This document shows positions 1 to 10,433 of a stretch of DNA of 32,000 nucleotides, in pieces. The position numbers and the translations under genes were made by a program. Numbering within the stretch: position 1 is the stretch's first letter; every line of letters begins with the position of its first letter. The notes beneath the pieces were generated by a model, which was not told the DNA's origin, did no database searches, and worked only from the letters and a program-made list of their open reading frames with translations. The DNA comes from Candidatus Babelota bacterium (lineage in GTDB: Bacteria; Babelota; Babeliae; Babelales; Vermiphilaceae): assembly GCA_039809905.1 (NCBI GenBank), contig JBDHVY010000001.1:750001-782000 (forward strand). The letters are read 5' to 3'.

Positions 1-31
1 GTAAAGCACACTAATTATTTTATACATTTTG

Positions 32-1357
32 CTATGGTGCTGATGCTGGCGTTGGTTGAAAATATCTATCGATAGGTAAATAAGTATCTTTATATGTTGT
101 TGGTGTCGACATTGGTGTTGGTACTTTTCCTACTGGCACTGATGCAGGTTTTGATTGCGGTGTTGTTGTTGGCGCTGGTGCTGAATAATACCAATCTCTA
201 AATCTGTCTATAACATCTTTTTGTGGTGGAGTTGCTGCTGTAGATTGTGATGTTGGTGCAGGTGGCGATGATTGCGCTGGAGTTGGTATTGGTGCAGATG
301 CTGGTTGAGCTGTTGATGCTGGCGTTGATGTGAACCATCCAAAAAAACCTTTTTGTGGTGGAGTTGCTGCAGGTGGCGATGATTGCGCTGGAGTTGGTAT
401 TGGTGCAGATGCTGGTTGAGCTGTTGATGCTGGCGTTGATGTGAACCATCCAAAAAAACCTTTTTGTGGTGGAGTTGCTGTGGTTGATTGTGGTGCTGGT
501 GCAGGTGGCGATGATTGTGCTGGAGCTGTTGTGGGCGTTGGTGTGGCTGTTGGTTTTGACAATGGTTGAGGTACTGAGGGTTGATTTGTTGTTGATGTTT
601 TTGGTGCTTGGCTTGAACCACTTCTTTTGGGAGTTATTTTTTTAGCATAATCTGCAAATTTCTCTTTCCAAGACATAGGATGTTTTGTTTGTTCTGATGG
701 ATAAGCCCAGTTGCGAAGTTTTTCTTTTAGTTTTCCATACCAATTTAATGTGGGAACAGGTATTTCATTTGGTGAGGGAGCAGGCGTTCCATCAATTTTG
801 CTATTTGTTGTTGTGAAATATTTTATACCAACTCCAACAATAACAGCAGTAATTCCTAAGCCAGCCAATATTTTAATGGCATTTTCCATCTGGATGCTAT
901 ATGGTTTTCCTGTTTTGCGTTCTAATTTTTCAATTTCGTTTTTTATAACTGCTAAATCTGCATTAAGTTTTGTTAATTCGCTATTAGCTTTTATATAATC
1001 AGCTTGTTGTTTTTCGGTTGTTCTAAAACCAAAATAACCATAATCTATATGATGTATGTCTTGTTCTTTTTTATTAATTTTTTCTAGTAACTTATCTCGT
1101 TCAACGATTTTTGCATCCAGTTCTTGTTGATCAGATGTTTTATCAGGATCAGTTATTGTTTCGATAAGTTTTTTTGCTGCTTCTGTTTTTTCTTCCTCAG
1201 TTTTTGCAACTTCTACTTTTTTAGTTGCTTGTAGTATTTCTCTTGATGTTACAGGAGTAGACATTGATCTTCCTCTCGTTCCTTTTTTTGCTTCAAGGAT
1301 ACTTATCACGGTGCAAGAAAATATGATTGTTATACATAGAGTTAAGATCTTTTTCAT
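32..1357 (-). CDS. Secreted Lys-rich/Pro-Thr-rich repeat protein with signal peptide and internal TM segment
   Basis: Long ORF; N-terminal MKKILTLCITIIFSCTVISILEA signal peptide; hydrophobic ILAGLGITAVIVGVGI; C-terminal half is P/A/T/Q-rich with tandem 37-aa repeats. Confidence 0.85.
   Translation of the reverse strand: MKKILTLCITIIFSCTVISILEAKKGTRGRSMSTPVTSREILQATKKVEVAKTEEEKTEAAKKLIETITDPDKTSDQQELDAKIVERDKLLEKINKKEQDIHHIDYGYFGFRTTEKQQADYIKANSELTKLNADLAVIKNEIEKLERKTGKPYSIQMENAIKILAGLGITAVIVGVGIKYFTTTNSKIDGTPAPSPNEIPVPTLNWYGKLKEKLRNWAYPSEQTKHPMSWKEKFADYAKKITPKRSGSSQAPKTSTTNQPSVPQPLSKPTATPTPTTAPAQSSPPAPAPQSTTATPPQKGFFGWFTSTPASTAQPASAPIPTPAQSSPPAATPPQKGFFGWFTSTPASTAQPASAPIPTPAQSSPPAPTSQSTAATPPQKDVIDRFRDWYYSAPAPTTTPQSKPASVPVGKVPTPMSTPTTYKDTYLPIDRYFQPTPASAP
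261..480. repeat. Tandem repeat, 111-bp unit, about two near-perfect copies (261-371, 372-480)
   Basis: ggtggcgatgattgcgctggagttggtattggtgcagatgctggttgagc...ggtggagttgctg occurs twice with 111-bp period; encodes ATPPQKGFFGWFTSTPASTAQPASAPIPTPAQSSPPA. Confidence 0.9.
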
Positions 1358-1538
1358 GAAATTCCTTTTTTAATCGTATTAATGCAGTAATAATTTGAGT
1401 TAATACTGCTATATTAATAGTAACAAATAGAATTTCAAATTGTCAATGATTGAGGTTGTTTAAGAATATGGATGGGGTTAAAATAAAAAGGGCAGCATGA
1501 TAACATGCCGCCCACTTTTAAGCTTGTTGTAATGTATG

Positions 1539-2444
1539 TTACATATCAGATAAATCTGCAGCTCTTTCCATAGTCATAGGAGCTCTTGGTGTTCTTACTC
1601 TAGGTACATCGTAAGTTTGTCCTGCTGGGAATTTTTCTGCAGTAGTACCAGCTTTTTCAGCAAGCCATCTTTTTGTTCTACCATATACATTTTCTTGCAC
1701 TGCTGGCTCTGCTGGTGTGCCTCTTAAGCCTGCTGGAAGGTATGATTTAGCACCTGCGTATGCTTGAGCGCCTTTTTCTGTGAGGTATGCTCTACCTTTA
1801 CCATCAAATTTGTAAGCATCAACTGCAAGAGCAACACCAGCTGCAGCTGCTATAGTTACTGCACCAACAGCGCCTTTAATTGCGCTTGCATATGATTTAC
1901 CAGCAATAACAGTTTGATTTTTGATTGCTTTCTCAATATTGCTTTTTCTAGTTTTAAGAGTTTTTAAGTCACCAGAAAGTGTTGCATGTTCTTCTTTTTT
2001 GTCTTTTTGTACAGAATTCCATAGATAACCTTTATCCATGAGAGCATCTATAGATGTTTGTTTTTGCTTGATTTCTGCATCAACGTTCACTAATTCTTTG
2101 TTTAATAATTCTAGTTTATCACCAGCTGTTTTTATTTGCTCTTCAGTATAGCCACGTAAGTCACCAGACCAATCTCTTTGGTGAAGAGACGCAAGTAATT
2201 CTGCTACTGCATCGGCAGCTTCTTGTTTTGCTTCTGGTGTTGAATCTACTTGTACTTGCTTAACAACTTCTTCTACTCTTTTAGTATTTTCTCGTATTTC
2301 CTGAGTGGTACCCATATTGTCAGCTGTAGCAGCTGTGCTAGCTGTACGAGATCTTTGTACTTTTTGTCCTCTTTTTGCTTCAACAGTGCTTACCATAACA
2401 ATTGACAAAGCAATTGCTGTAAGCGTTGTTAACATTTTCTTCAT
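1539..2444 (-). CDS. Secreted coiled-coil-like hypothetical protein, probable relative of the 32..1357 product
   Basis: Signal peptide MKKMLTTLTAIALSIVMVSTVEAKRG; same layout (VEAK/LEAKKG start, charged helices, central TM segment) as the neighbouring ORF. Confidence 0.8.
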   Translation of the reverse strand: MKKMLTTLTAIALSIVMVSTVEAKRGQKVQRSRTASTAATADNMGTTQEIRENTKRVEEVVKQVQVDSTPEAKQEAADAVAELLASLHQRDWSGDLRGYTEEQIKTAGDKLELLNKELVNVDAEIKQKQTSIDALMDKGYLWNSVQKDKKEEHATLSGDLKTLKTRKSNIEKAIKNQTVIAGKSYASAIKGAVGAVTIAAAAGVALAVDAYKFDGKGRAYLTEKGAQAYAGAKSYLPAGLRGTPAEPAVQENVYGRTKRWLAEKAGTTAEKFPAGQTYDVPRVRTPRAPMTMERAADLSDM

Positions 2445-2671
2445 AGAAAATCTCCTTTTTTTGAACTATTAATATTCCTTTTTTTTGTACTTATCAATTA
2501 CCTCGGTTGCATGCTTGTAGCCAAGGCACTTTTATATGTACTACCTTTAAAGTAAATTAAACGAGTTCAAATTGTCAATAAAACACCACTTTTTTTAGAA
2601 AAATGATCAAGAATGTTCATAAAAAGCATAAGAAAAGACGCTGTTTTTATTCAATAGATGAAGCAATTGAA

Positions 2672-3343
2672 TTATGGAACAAAAAGGGTAACGAGGTAAT
2701 TTCTTAAGATATAAAAGAAGAATACGGCAAAAAGAATTCCATCAAATCTATCCAAAAAACCGCCATGGCCAGGTAAAAATGTGCCAGAATCTTTCAGATG
2801 AGCGCGGCGTTTGAGCCATGATTCAAAAAGATCTCCTAAAAGGGATAGTATGCATACAATGAGCGTAAATATACCAATGAATGTCCATGAAAGCTTATAT
2901 CCGTATTCAAAAATGATAAGAAAAAAGCCAATGAACGCGAAAATATAACCACCGAGCATTCCTTCCCATGTCTTTTTAGGGCTAACTGAACGGCAAATAT
3001 GATGTTTTCCGAGTAAGGTTCCCGTTACATAACTGCCGGTATCAAAGCTAAAGACGATGATAAAAAGTATTAAAAGTAATTCATGATAGAGTACATCATG
3101 ATTAAGTTTAATTAACATTGTGAAAGGTAAAATAAGGTAAGGAGGCATTAAAAGCCAAAACAAAGGAGTATCAATTGAAAAAAATCGTGTCCATTCATAC
3201 ACGACAATGAGGAGAAAAATAACAACTAAGATAAGAGAAAAAAAGAACGGAGGCAAATAAAAATATACGCCCCAAAAACCTATCCCAAGAGCAATGCCTG
3301 TCATCAGACGATTAAGAAATTCAGTCGAAAGTTGTAAATGCAT
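2672..3343 (-). CDS. cdsA: Phosphatidate cytidylyltransferase (CDP-diglyceride synthase family)
   Basis: Multi-TM protein with C-terminal CTP transferase signature-like SPKKTWEGMLGGYIFAF...LGDLFESWLKRRAHLKDSGTFLPGHGGFLDRFDGILF. Confidence 0.93.
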   Translation of the reverse strand: MHLQLSTEFLNRLMTGIALGIGFWGVYFYLPPFFFSLILVVIFLLIVVYEWTRFFSIDTPLFWLLMPPYLILPFTMLIKLNHDVLYHELLLILFIIVFSFDTGSYVTGTLLGKHHICRSVSPKKTWEGMLGGYIFAFIGFFLIIFEYGYKLSWTFIGIFTLIVCILSLLGDLFESWLKRRAHLKDSGTFLPGHGGFLDRFDGILFAVFFFYILRNYLVTLFVP

Positions 3344-3701
3344 TGGATATATACTGCAAATTTATAATATTATTATTTTCTTCTACTAATGCTACATCAA
3401 AACGGCATACAAAATCTTCATGAGTATGCTTTGATAAAAATTCTTTGGCAATAGCTATGATTTTTTTTTGTTTTGAAGGCCTTATCAGTTCTGCTGAATC
3501 AATGAGGGGATTATGCCGCCATTTAACTTCAACAAAAGCAATAGTATCTTTATTTCGTGCAATCAGATCAACTTCTCCAAAACGTTTGCGATAATTTTTA
3601 CTGATAATTTTGTAGCCTTCTTTTTGAAGATGTTGTGCTACAAGCAGCTCTCCTTCTTTACCTTTTTCTATGCGGTAATTCAACTTGATCCTTATGTGCA
3701 T
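3321..3701 (-). CDS. YraN family (UPF0102) putative nuclease
   Basis: GKEGELLVAQHLQKEGYKIISKNYRKRFGEVDLIARNKDTIAFVEVKWR matches the family pattern (E...GEVDLIA...FVEVK). Confidence 0.9.
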   Translation of the reverse strand: MHIRIKLNYRIEKGKEGELLVAQHLQKEGYKIISKNYRKRFGEVDLIARNKDTIAFVEVKWRHNPLIDSAELIRPSKQKKIIAIAKEFLSKHTHEDFVCRFDVALVEENNNIINLQYISNAFTTFD

Positions 3702-3704
3702 CAG

Positions 3705-4646
3705 CTAAAACCGATTTGCCATATGCTTTGCTTTTGCATTTTGCGCGAGTTCCATGTTTTTAGCATTTAATAGTTCTACTGCTTTTTTCTGCTCAATAAG
3801 TTCTGTTTCTAAAGCAATAATATCTGGTTCAAGCGTGGGTAGTTTTGGTAACCAGAAGGAACGTATTTTATGTAAGCGTTTTTCAGCTGCTTTTAAACTT
3901 CCTTTATGTAAATAAAAAACACAAATGTTACATTCGCTTGCAGCTAATTGTTGGTAACATTGTTGCTGTATGGTGCTTACCGCTTGCTGATATTCTTTAA
4001 AATGATCTTGTTTTAAAAATAATTCAGTTAAAGCGAGTGTTTCTTCTGTTTTGGATTGATCTCTATCAATAGCTAATATGCATTCAAATGAGCTTGCAAT
4101 TGTCTTATACAGAGCATATTCTTGCTTTTCACTACCTGGGTATAGTGCACAATATTGGCTATATAACAACGCGGATTTTGCAAATTGCCTATCATCAAAG
4201 AATGTATCGGCAAGCTCTAAGAAATACTCTGCAAGCAGGGTGATATCAGTCGTCATTTTCAGCAATTGCTCAAGATATTTTATAGTGGCAGTAGTGTTTC
4301 CTTGAGCTTTTTGTGCATCTTTCGCTTTTACTAGTTGCTCGTGTTCCATATCAAGATATGTTCGTACCTTTTTTTGTTTTGCTTCTTTTTTAGTTGATTT
4401 GCGCATGCGTTTTTTACGCGAAGGTTTTTCTATTGAGGGAAGTTCTACATCAAATTGTTGAGCTGTTGTTTGTTTTTGTACATTTTTATTCATCGCTGTA
4501 TTGTCTTGGCATACGCTTGTATTGATGAGTAATGTGATGAGTAAAAAAGTTGATAGAATAACGTGGTTTCTTGTTTTTATCACGATAATATGCCTATCAT
4601 TAAAATATTTAAAAATTTGCTGTTTCAGGATTAACGCGTAATACAT
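3705..4646 (-). CDS. Secreted/periplasmic hypothetical protein, tetratricopeptide-like helical
   Basis: ORF 313 aa; N-terminal hydrophobic segment; TPR-like helices (YFLELADTFFDDRQFAKSALLYSQYCALYPG). Confidence 0.65.
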   Translation of the reverse strand: MYYALILKQQIFKYFNDRHIIVIKTRNHVILSTFLLITLLINTSVCQDNTAMNKNVQKQTTAQQFDVELPSIEKPSRKKRMRKSTKKEAKQKKVRTYLDMEHEQLVKAKDAQKAQGNTTATIKYLEQLLKMTTDITLLAEYFLELADTFFDDRQFAKSALLYSQYCALYPGSEKQEYALYKTIASSFECILAIDRDQSKTEETLALTELFLKQDHFKEYQQAVSTIQQQCYQQLAASECNICVFYLHKGSLKAAEKRLHKIRSFWLPKLPTLEPDIIALETELIEQKKAVELLNAKNMELAQNAKAKHMANRF

Positions 4647-4827
4647 GCAAACAAGATCAACAGTTATTATTACGCGCCAGTATAAAAACTAGTATACTGG
4701 TATCATCATAAAATAGAAGTTTAAGATTCTTTGTACCCCATTGCGTTCAACATGGGGACACCGGTAAAGAAGCGCTAAACTGACACGAGAAAACATTGTT
4801 AAGAAATAGGGTTAAAAGGATACTCTG

Positions 4828-6537
4828 ATGAAAAAAAATAATGGTGACTTACTCGTAGAACTTGGTCTGGTTACTGCTGCACAATTAACTGCCTGTCAGC
4901 AAGAAACAGAAAAAACTGGTGCTGCAGTTGTTGATTGTCTTATTGAAAAAAAATTTGCTACACAAGAAGATATCGCAAAAGCATATGCCAAGCATGCAGG
5001 ATTAGAATATATTGATACGGTAACAGATAAGACAGCAGATCTTGATCTTTTGGCAAAAGTACCATTAAAGTTTTTGCGTGATAATGAAATTATGCCAATT
5101 ATGGTTGATGGCAACATTATTATTTTGACGGCAGATCCTTTTGATTTTCAACCACTTGATGAACTAAATATGTTGCTTGGCGGTGGAACACGATACGCTG
5201 TTGCGCCCCTTTCAGTTATTATTAACGGTATAAACCGTTACTATCCCCTTGAAGGCACCGAGCGAATGATGAAGGAACTTGAAGAGGAAGAAGAAGCGCC
5301 CAAAGAAGTAGCATTTGAAGAAATAGAAGAAAAAGATATTTTGGGCATGGCTACAGAAGCGCCTATTATTAAATTAGTTAATAATATTTTTTTTCAAGCG
5401 GTCAAACGAAATGCTTCTGATATTCATATTGAACCTTTTGAAAAAGAAATACGAGTTCGTTATCGTATTGATGGTGTAATGTATACTGCGATGAATCCAC
5501 CTAAACGTATTCAAGGTGCGCTTATTTCTCGTATCAAAATTATGGCGCATTTAGATATTGCTGAAAAACGCATTCCACAAGATGGAAGAATTGCTATCAA
5601 AGTTGGTGATAAGCCGTATGATATTCGTGTTTCAGTGCTTCCTGTTGCATTTGGTGAGCGTGTGGTGATGCGTTTGCTTGATAAATCACGTACCTTTACG
5701 GGATTGAAAGATATTGGCTTTAGTGACCGTGATTATGCAGTTATTGAAAACAATATTAATCGTCCGAATGGTATTATTTATGTTACAGGTCCAACTGGTT
5801 CTGGTAAAACAAGTACATTATATTCAATTTTAAATCAATTGAACCGTCCTGAAGTTAATATTGTAACGGTAGAAGATCCTATTGAATATCAGATGGCGGG
5901 AGTTGGACAAGTTGGTGTCAGAGAAAAAGTTGGGTTGACTTTTGCTGCAGCATTGCGGTCAATATTACGTCAAGATCCAGATATTGTTATGATCGGGGAA
6001 ACACGTGACCAAGAAACAGCACAAATTGCAGTGCAAGCAGCTTTAACAGGACATCTTGTTTTAAGTACATTGCATACTAATAGTGCGCCAGCATCAATCA
6101 CGCGATTAATTGATATGGGTATTGAACCATTTTTAATTGCATCTTCAGTGGTGATGGTTGTTGCGCAACGATTAGTACGTAAATTGTGCCCTCATTGTAA
6201 AAAAGAATATCATCCGAATAAAGAATTGCTTCAACGTATTGGATTATCTGCAAAAGAAGCAAAAGAAGCTAAACTTTATGAGCCAGTAGGATGTGATGAA
6301 TGCAATAAAACAGGATATCGTGGCCGTGTTGCGATTTTTGAAATTATGGAAATGACACCTGCAATTGCAAAACTTACTATGGAACGTTCTGAAACTGGTA
6401 TTATTCGTGAACAAGCCATTAAAGATGGAATGATTCCTTTAATTAAAGATGGCTTGCGCAGAATTAAAGATGGTTTAACAACCATAGAAGAAGTTCTTGC
6501 GGTAGCAACTGTTGAACAAGAAACAATTGAAGAATAA
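4828..6537 (+). CDS. GspE/PilB-family type II secretion / type IV pilus assembly ATPase
   Basis: Walker A GPTGSGKTSTLYS, Asp box VEDPIEYQMAG, IRQDPDIVMIGETRD, HTNSAPASITRLIDMG, zinc-binding CPHCKK...CDECNKTGYRGR. Confidence 0.95.
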   Translation: MKKNNGDLLVELGLVTAAQLTACQQETEKTGAAVVDCLIEKKFATQEDIAKAYAKHAGLEYIDTVTDKTADLDLLAKVPLKFLRDNEIMPIMVDGNIIILTADPFDFQPLDELNMLLGGGTRYAVAPLSVIINGINRYYPLEGTERMMKELEEEEEAPKEVAFEEIEEKDILGMATEAPIIKLVNNIFFQAVKRNASDIHIEPFEKEIRVRYRIDGVMYTAMNPPKRIQGALISRIKIMAHLDIAEKRIPQDGRIAIKVGDKPYDIRVSVLPVAFGERVVMRLLDKSRTFTGLKDIGFSDRDYAVIENNINRPNGIIYVTGPTGSGKTSTLYSILNQLNRPEVNIVTVEDPIEYQMAGVGQVGVREKVGLTFAAALRSILRQDPDIVMIGETRDQETAQIAVQAALTGHLVLSTLHTNSAPASITRLIDMGIEPFLIASSVVMVVAQRLVRKLCPHCKKEYHPNKELLQRIGLSAKEAKEAKLYEPVGCDECNKTGYRGRVAIFEIMEMTPAIAKLTMERSETGIIREQAIKDGMIPLIKDGLRRIKDGLTTIEEVLAVATVEQETIEE

Positions 6538-6543
6538 GAAAGT

Positions 6544-6822
6544 ATGAAAGTTAAAAGAGAAAATTATATGAAATATTATGTATTATTTTCGGCGATTGTT
6601 TTTACTACTATTTCATTGGCGATGCGTAACCCAGAACAAGAGAGACAATCTTTGTTGGAACATTATAAAATTGAATTCTATAGACTGAAGACTGAAGAAT
6701 TAAAGGCAAGAAAAAAAGCGAGAGAAGCAACAGAAGCTGCAAAAGATAAAAAAATTTTACTGCAAGTACCGGAATCTGTTGGTGAAGTAAAATTGTCTAA
6801 GATCCCACGGCCCAAATTATAA
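6544..6822 (+). CDS. Small secreted/membrane hypothetical protein
   Basis: 92-aa ORF directly after the ATPase, N-terminal hydrophobic segment, same strand. Confidence 0.5.
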   Translation: MKVKRENYMKYYVLFSAIVFTTISLAMRNPEQERQSLLEHYKIEFYRLKTEELKARKKAREATEAAKDKKILLQVPESVGEVKLSKIPRPKL

Positions 6823-6833
6823 AAAAAGAAAAG

Positions 6834-7139
6834 ATGATGATTGCACAAAAAAAATATTACATGATCATATTGTTGAGCATTAGTGGTTTTTCTTACGGAA
6901 TGGATAAATATTTTGAAACCGATAAAGAATGGTTGCAAGATCCATTAGTTTTGCATGCTACTCTCAGGCACTTAGAAATACAAAGAACAACATGGGAAAT
7001 AAATGCTTCACTTAAAGAAGTTTCAGCGGGTTCAAACGGATATTATGAAAAAGTTGAACGACGTGGAGTGATTACGGTGGTTAGACAAACAAATAATATG
7101 CTCGAGCAGAGAAAAAATAATATAATGCCAAAGTTATAA
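6834..7139 (+). CDS. Small secreted hypothetical protein
   Basis: 101-aa ORF with signal-peptide-like MIILLSISGFSYG; tightly packed between neighbours. Confidence 0.55.
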   Translation: MMIAQKKYYMIILLSISGFSYGMDKYFETDKEWLQDPLVLHATLRHLEIQRTTWEINASLKEVSAGSNGYYEKVERRGVITVVRQTNNMLEQRKNNIMPKL

Positions 7140-7142
7140 AAC

Positions 7143-7640
7143 GTGCATAATAAAAAAGGTTTTACGTTAATTGAAGCGATGGTTGTTATCTGTTTGTTTG
7201 CTTTGATTTCAACATTGGCAATTATGCAACTATCTTTTTTGGATGAAATCATTGCGCGTTCACAAATGGATAAGCTTGCAGCTGTTTGTTCCTACTTAAG
7301 GCAAAAAGCAATTGCAACAAACTGTGAGCAAAAATTAGTTTTTGATCTTGAAAAAAATGAATATCGTTGTGGTGATGTATGTGAAACATTACCGCAACGA
7401 TATTTGTTTGGTTTTATGGAAAAAGCTCTCGGGCCTCCTGGCTCACCTTCGCAAAAAATTAAAAAAGCTATAACTTTTCCCGGTAATATAATACATTTTT
7501 ATCCAACAGGTATTATTTCTTCTGGTACCGTGTATGTTGTTGATAAGAAGAAACAATATATGTATGCATTGAGTAATGCTGTTTCTCAATTTTCTTATTT
7601 ACGCATTTATCGCTACGAGGGTAAGTGGAAGTTACTTTAG
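7143..7640 (+). CDS. Type IV pilin-like / pseudopilin (GspH-like) protein
   Basis: Class III prepilin motif NKKG|FTLIEAMVVICLFALISTLAIMQL. Confidence 0.88.
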   Translation: MHNKKGFTLIEAMVVICLFALISTLAIMQLSFLDEIIARSQMDKLAAVCSYLRQKAIATNCEQKLVFDLEKNEYRCGDVCETLPQRYLFGFMEKALGPPGSPSQKIKKAITFPGNIIHFYPTGIISSGTVYVVDKKKQYMYALSNAVSQFSYLRIYRYEGKWKLL

Positions 7641-7730
7641 CCCCATGCTCCACTTCGTTTTGCACGGGGACCCCGGCGTAGAGAAACGAAGCTGGGGATA
7701 AAAAGATACAAACACATAAATTGTATTGCT

Positions 7731-10433
7731 ATGTTCAAAAAAATAACCTTATCAATCATCATTGGTATTCTGGCAACGTTCTATTACGCCCAATATGATG
7801 CATGGACACATAAAAAAATTATTCAGTACATGCAAAAAGTTGCTCAAGAATCGCTTGGTGGTACTGTATCATGTACTATTCAATCGATGAGTTTTTTTTC
7901 TCCTTCTTTTGCAATGCATGATGTTGAGGTAAAATCTCTTAATCGAGATCAATGGATGTGGCGATGTAAAAGATGTGAAATTCACTGTTCTTGGTTGCAA
8001 TTATTGTTTAAAGGTGTGCTTGATCAGCACATGATTATTGAAGGATTTGAAAGTAGCTCTCATTTTGCTGATTCTCATTTTTCTATTGAGCCACATATCA
8101 TGGCAATGATGGATCAATCATTTATGCCATTTACTACAGAATTAAAATCGATTGTTTTTAAAAATGGTTTTTTATATATACGCAATAAAGAAATAGACGC
8201 AGATATATCCCTTTATTTTAATAGCTCTTCATTAAGAATTGGCAAGCAGATTAAAACAACGGTATCTATTGGCGATGGAAACATTACTCATAATAAACGC
8301 ATGTATGTTGAAAAATTGGCAGCGGACGTATCATTTATTACTGAATATGTTGGAGATTTATTTAATTGTACTATGCAATTAGCCGGAACATGTGTGTTAC
8401 CGCATATGGGAAATGAGGGAAGTTGTTATGTTTCCGGAGTTTGGAATAATGATCGAGGAAGATTTTCCCTGCGTAATGCCTATAATTCTTTGATCATAGA
8501 TCCTATTGTTATTACTAATCGTGAATTGCGTATAAATGGACATTTTCCTTTATCATATGCAATGCAATGTTTTGCAGATTCTTGGGTTGATCAGATGATT
8601 GGCGGTATAGCACATTTTTCAACAACAATAAAACGAGATGAATCACTTAAAGCTGATGGGCATATAATTGTTGAAGATGTAAGCGTTAACCAGTATGTTG
8701 TGTGCGATGTTGGAAAAATCATTTTTGAATGTCGTGATGACAATTGGAAAATGCATGTGGGAATTAGTCATCATAATCAAGAGTGCAAAGGAACTGGTTA
8801 TTGGCATCCATCAACACAACAAGGGGGATTATCTCTTAAAAATAGTACTGATTTATCTACCAAAGCTTTCAATTATTGGCGTATTAAGCCTAATAATTTT
8901 TTTACACATCTCACACTCAATCAGGGAACAATAAAAGGAAATTATGAAGCAATTGCAACTAACTCTTTGAGTCAAACGCATCATTGCGTGAAAGGTCTTT
9001 TGTCCTATCAACAAGGAATATGCATAACTCATGGTTCAATTGATACTGATGAATTTAGGATAGAAGGCGCATTTTTGCCTGAGTGTGCTATTCATCATTG
9101 TTCATATAAAGATAAAGACAAGAGAGAATTGATTGCATTGAAGGCAAGTGAAGATAAAAAGTTAGTTGGATCGATAGCATTCCCTTTTATTCGTTCAATG
9201 ATTAATAATGTTGCTCATTATGATGTACAGGGAGAAGGAAGTTTGGAAGTTATTGCATCGGTATCTTTACCGCACGTAATCATGGATTTTTCTTTAAAAG
9301 ATGCTACTATTCGATTGCCGCAAACGTATAATTTTATTGATGGCTTCACTGTTCATTGTGTTGGTGATATTGGACAAAAATCAGTCATTTTTCATGATAT
9401 TAATCTCTCTTTGCATACGGGAAATATGAATTGTTTGCGAGCAACAAGCTATTTTGATGATAAAGGTTCGTTATTATTTATGCACGCGCCATTTATACTT
9501 GATCGATGTCTTTTAAATATAAAAAAAGATCTTTTTGCCATTGTTTCGGGAAATCTTTTACTTGCAAAAAATAGTCAGTTACCTGCTCAAGTGAGTGGAA
9601 CGATTATTATCGATAAGGCTCAGTTAAAAGAAAATTTATTTTCTGAGGTTATTCAAAAACAGTTACTATCATATACACATTCAGTATTTTCTTTGCCTGA
9701 TACTCCGCTTTATTGTGATCTTACTCTTGAAACAAAGTCCCCTATTGTTGTTGATACGGGATTTTTTAAAACAAAAGCTTATCTCAATGTGCGAGTAAAA
9801 AAAGAACGGCATGAGCCTTCAATTAGCGGATCAGTTGTATTGCATTCAGGAATGCTCAATTTTCCGTATAAACCATTATATATTTCCAAAGGTATCATTA
9901 CCTTTATGCCTGAACAATTGTTTGATCCTACCATTGAATTTGTTGCACGTAATAAAATAAAAAAATATGATGTATCTCTTCAAATTGAAGGATCTTTGCT
10001 CACGCATCACATTGCTCTTGATGCAACACCGCCACTGGCCGAAGAACAAATAGTGGGACTTTTATTGGTGGGTTCAGAAGAAAATTCTTTAAACAGTATG
10101 ATGCCAGCATTAATTGTTCAAAATCTCAAAAATCTTATTTTTAGTAATAATCAGGTATCTTTCTTTGATAAATATTTTAAACCATTGCTTGGAACATTGA
10201 ATATCAATTTGGTACCAAGCTTTACTGATCAAACAGGAAGAGGAGGTTTGCGTGGCGCATTGGAAATTACCGTTGATGATCGATGGCGCGCGGTAATTCA
10301 GAAAAACTTTAGCTTAACCGAAGATACCAAGTTTGAATTAGAATATCTTTTTTCTGATGATATTACATTTCGCGCTATTCGCGATGAACGCCGGGATCTT
10401 GGGGGAGAAGTTGAGATGCGCTGGAAGTTTTAG
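7731..10433 (+). CDS. TamB/YtfN-like (DUF490) translocation and assembly module protein
   Basis: 900 aa, N-terminal TM anchor, AsmA/TamB-like beta-rich body, C-terminal GLLLVGSEENS...TDQTGRGGLRGALEITVDDRWRAVIQKNFSLTEDTKFELEYLFSDDITFRAIRDERRDLGGEVEMRWKF. Confidence 0.85.
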   Translation: MFKKITLSIIIGILATFYYAQYDAWTHKKIIQYMQKVAQESLGGTVSCTIQSMSFFSPSFAMHDVEVKSLNRDQWMWRCKRCEIHCSWLQLLFKGVLDQHMIIEGFESSSHFADSHFSIEPHIMAMMDQSFMPFTTELKSIVFKNGFLYIRNKEIDADISLYFNSSSLRIGKQIKTTVSIGDGNITHNKRMYVEKLAADVSFITEYVGDLFNCTMQLAGTCVLPHMGNEGSCYVSGVWNNDRGRFSLRNAYNSLIIDPIVITNRELRINGHFPLSYAMQCFADSWVDQMIGGIAHFSTTIKRDESLKADGHIIVEDVSVNQYVVCDVGKIIFECRDDNWKMHVGISHHNQECKGTGYWHPSTQQGGLSLKNSTDLSTKAFNYWRIKPNNFFTHLTLNQGTIKGNYEAIATNSLSQTHHCVKGLLSYQQGICITHGSIDTDEFRIEGAFLPECAIHHCSYKDKDKRELIALKASEDKKLVGSIAFPFIRSMINNVAHYDVQGEGSLEVIASVSLPHVIMDFSLKDATIRLPQTYNFIDGFTVHCVGDIGQKSVIFHDINLSLHTGNMNCLRATSYFDDKGSLLFMHAPFILDRCLLNIKKDLFAIVSGNLLLAKNSQLPAQVSGTIIIDKAQLKENLFSEVIQKQLLSYTHSVFSLPDTPLYCDLTLETKSPIVVDTGFFKTKAYLNVRVKKERHEPSISGSVVLHSGMLNFPYKPLYISKGIITFMPEQLFDPTIEFVARNKIKKYDVSLQIEGSLLTHHIALDATPPLAEEQIVGLLLVGSEENSLNSMMPALIVQNLKNLIFSNNQVSFFDKYFKPLLGTLNINLVPSFTDQTGRGGLRGALEITVDDRWRAVIQKNFSLTEDTKFELEYLFSDDITFRAIRDERRDLGGEVEMRWKF

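Noticed and set aside
198-621. Two minus-strand ORFs (83 and 137 aa) overlapping the 32..1357 gene
   Set aside because: Alternative-frame readings of the 111-bp repeat region; low-complexity His/Gln/Thr/Ser composition.
8695-8934. 79-aa + strand ORF inside the TamB-like gene
   Set aside because: Fully embedded in a strongly supported long ORF in another frame, with no independent support.
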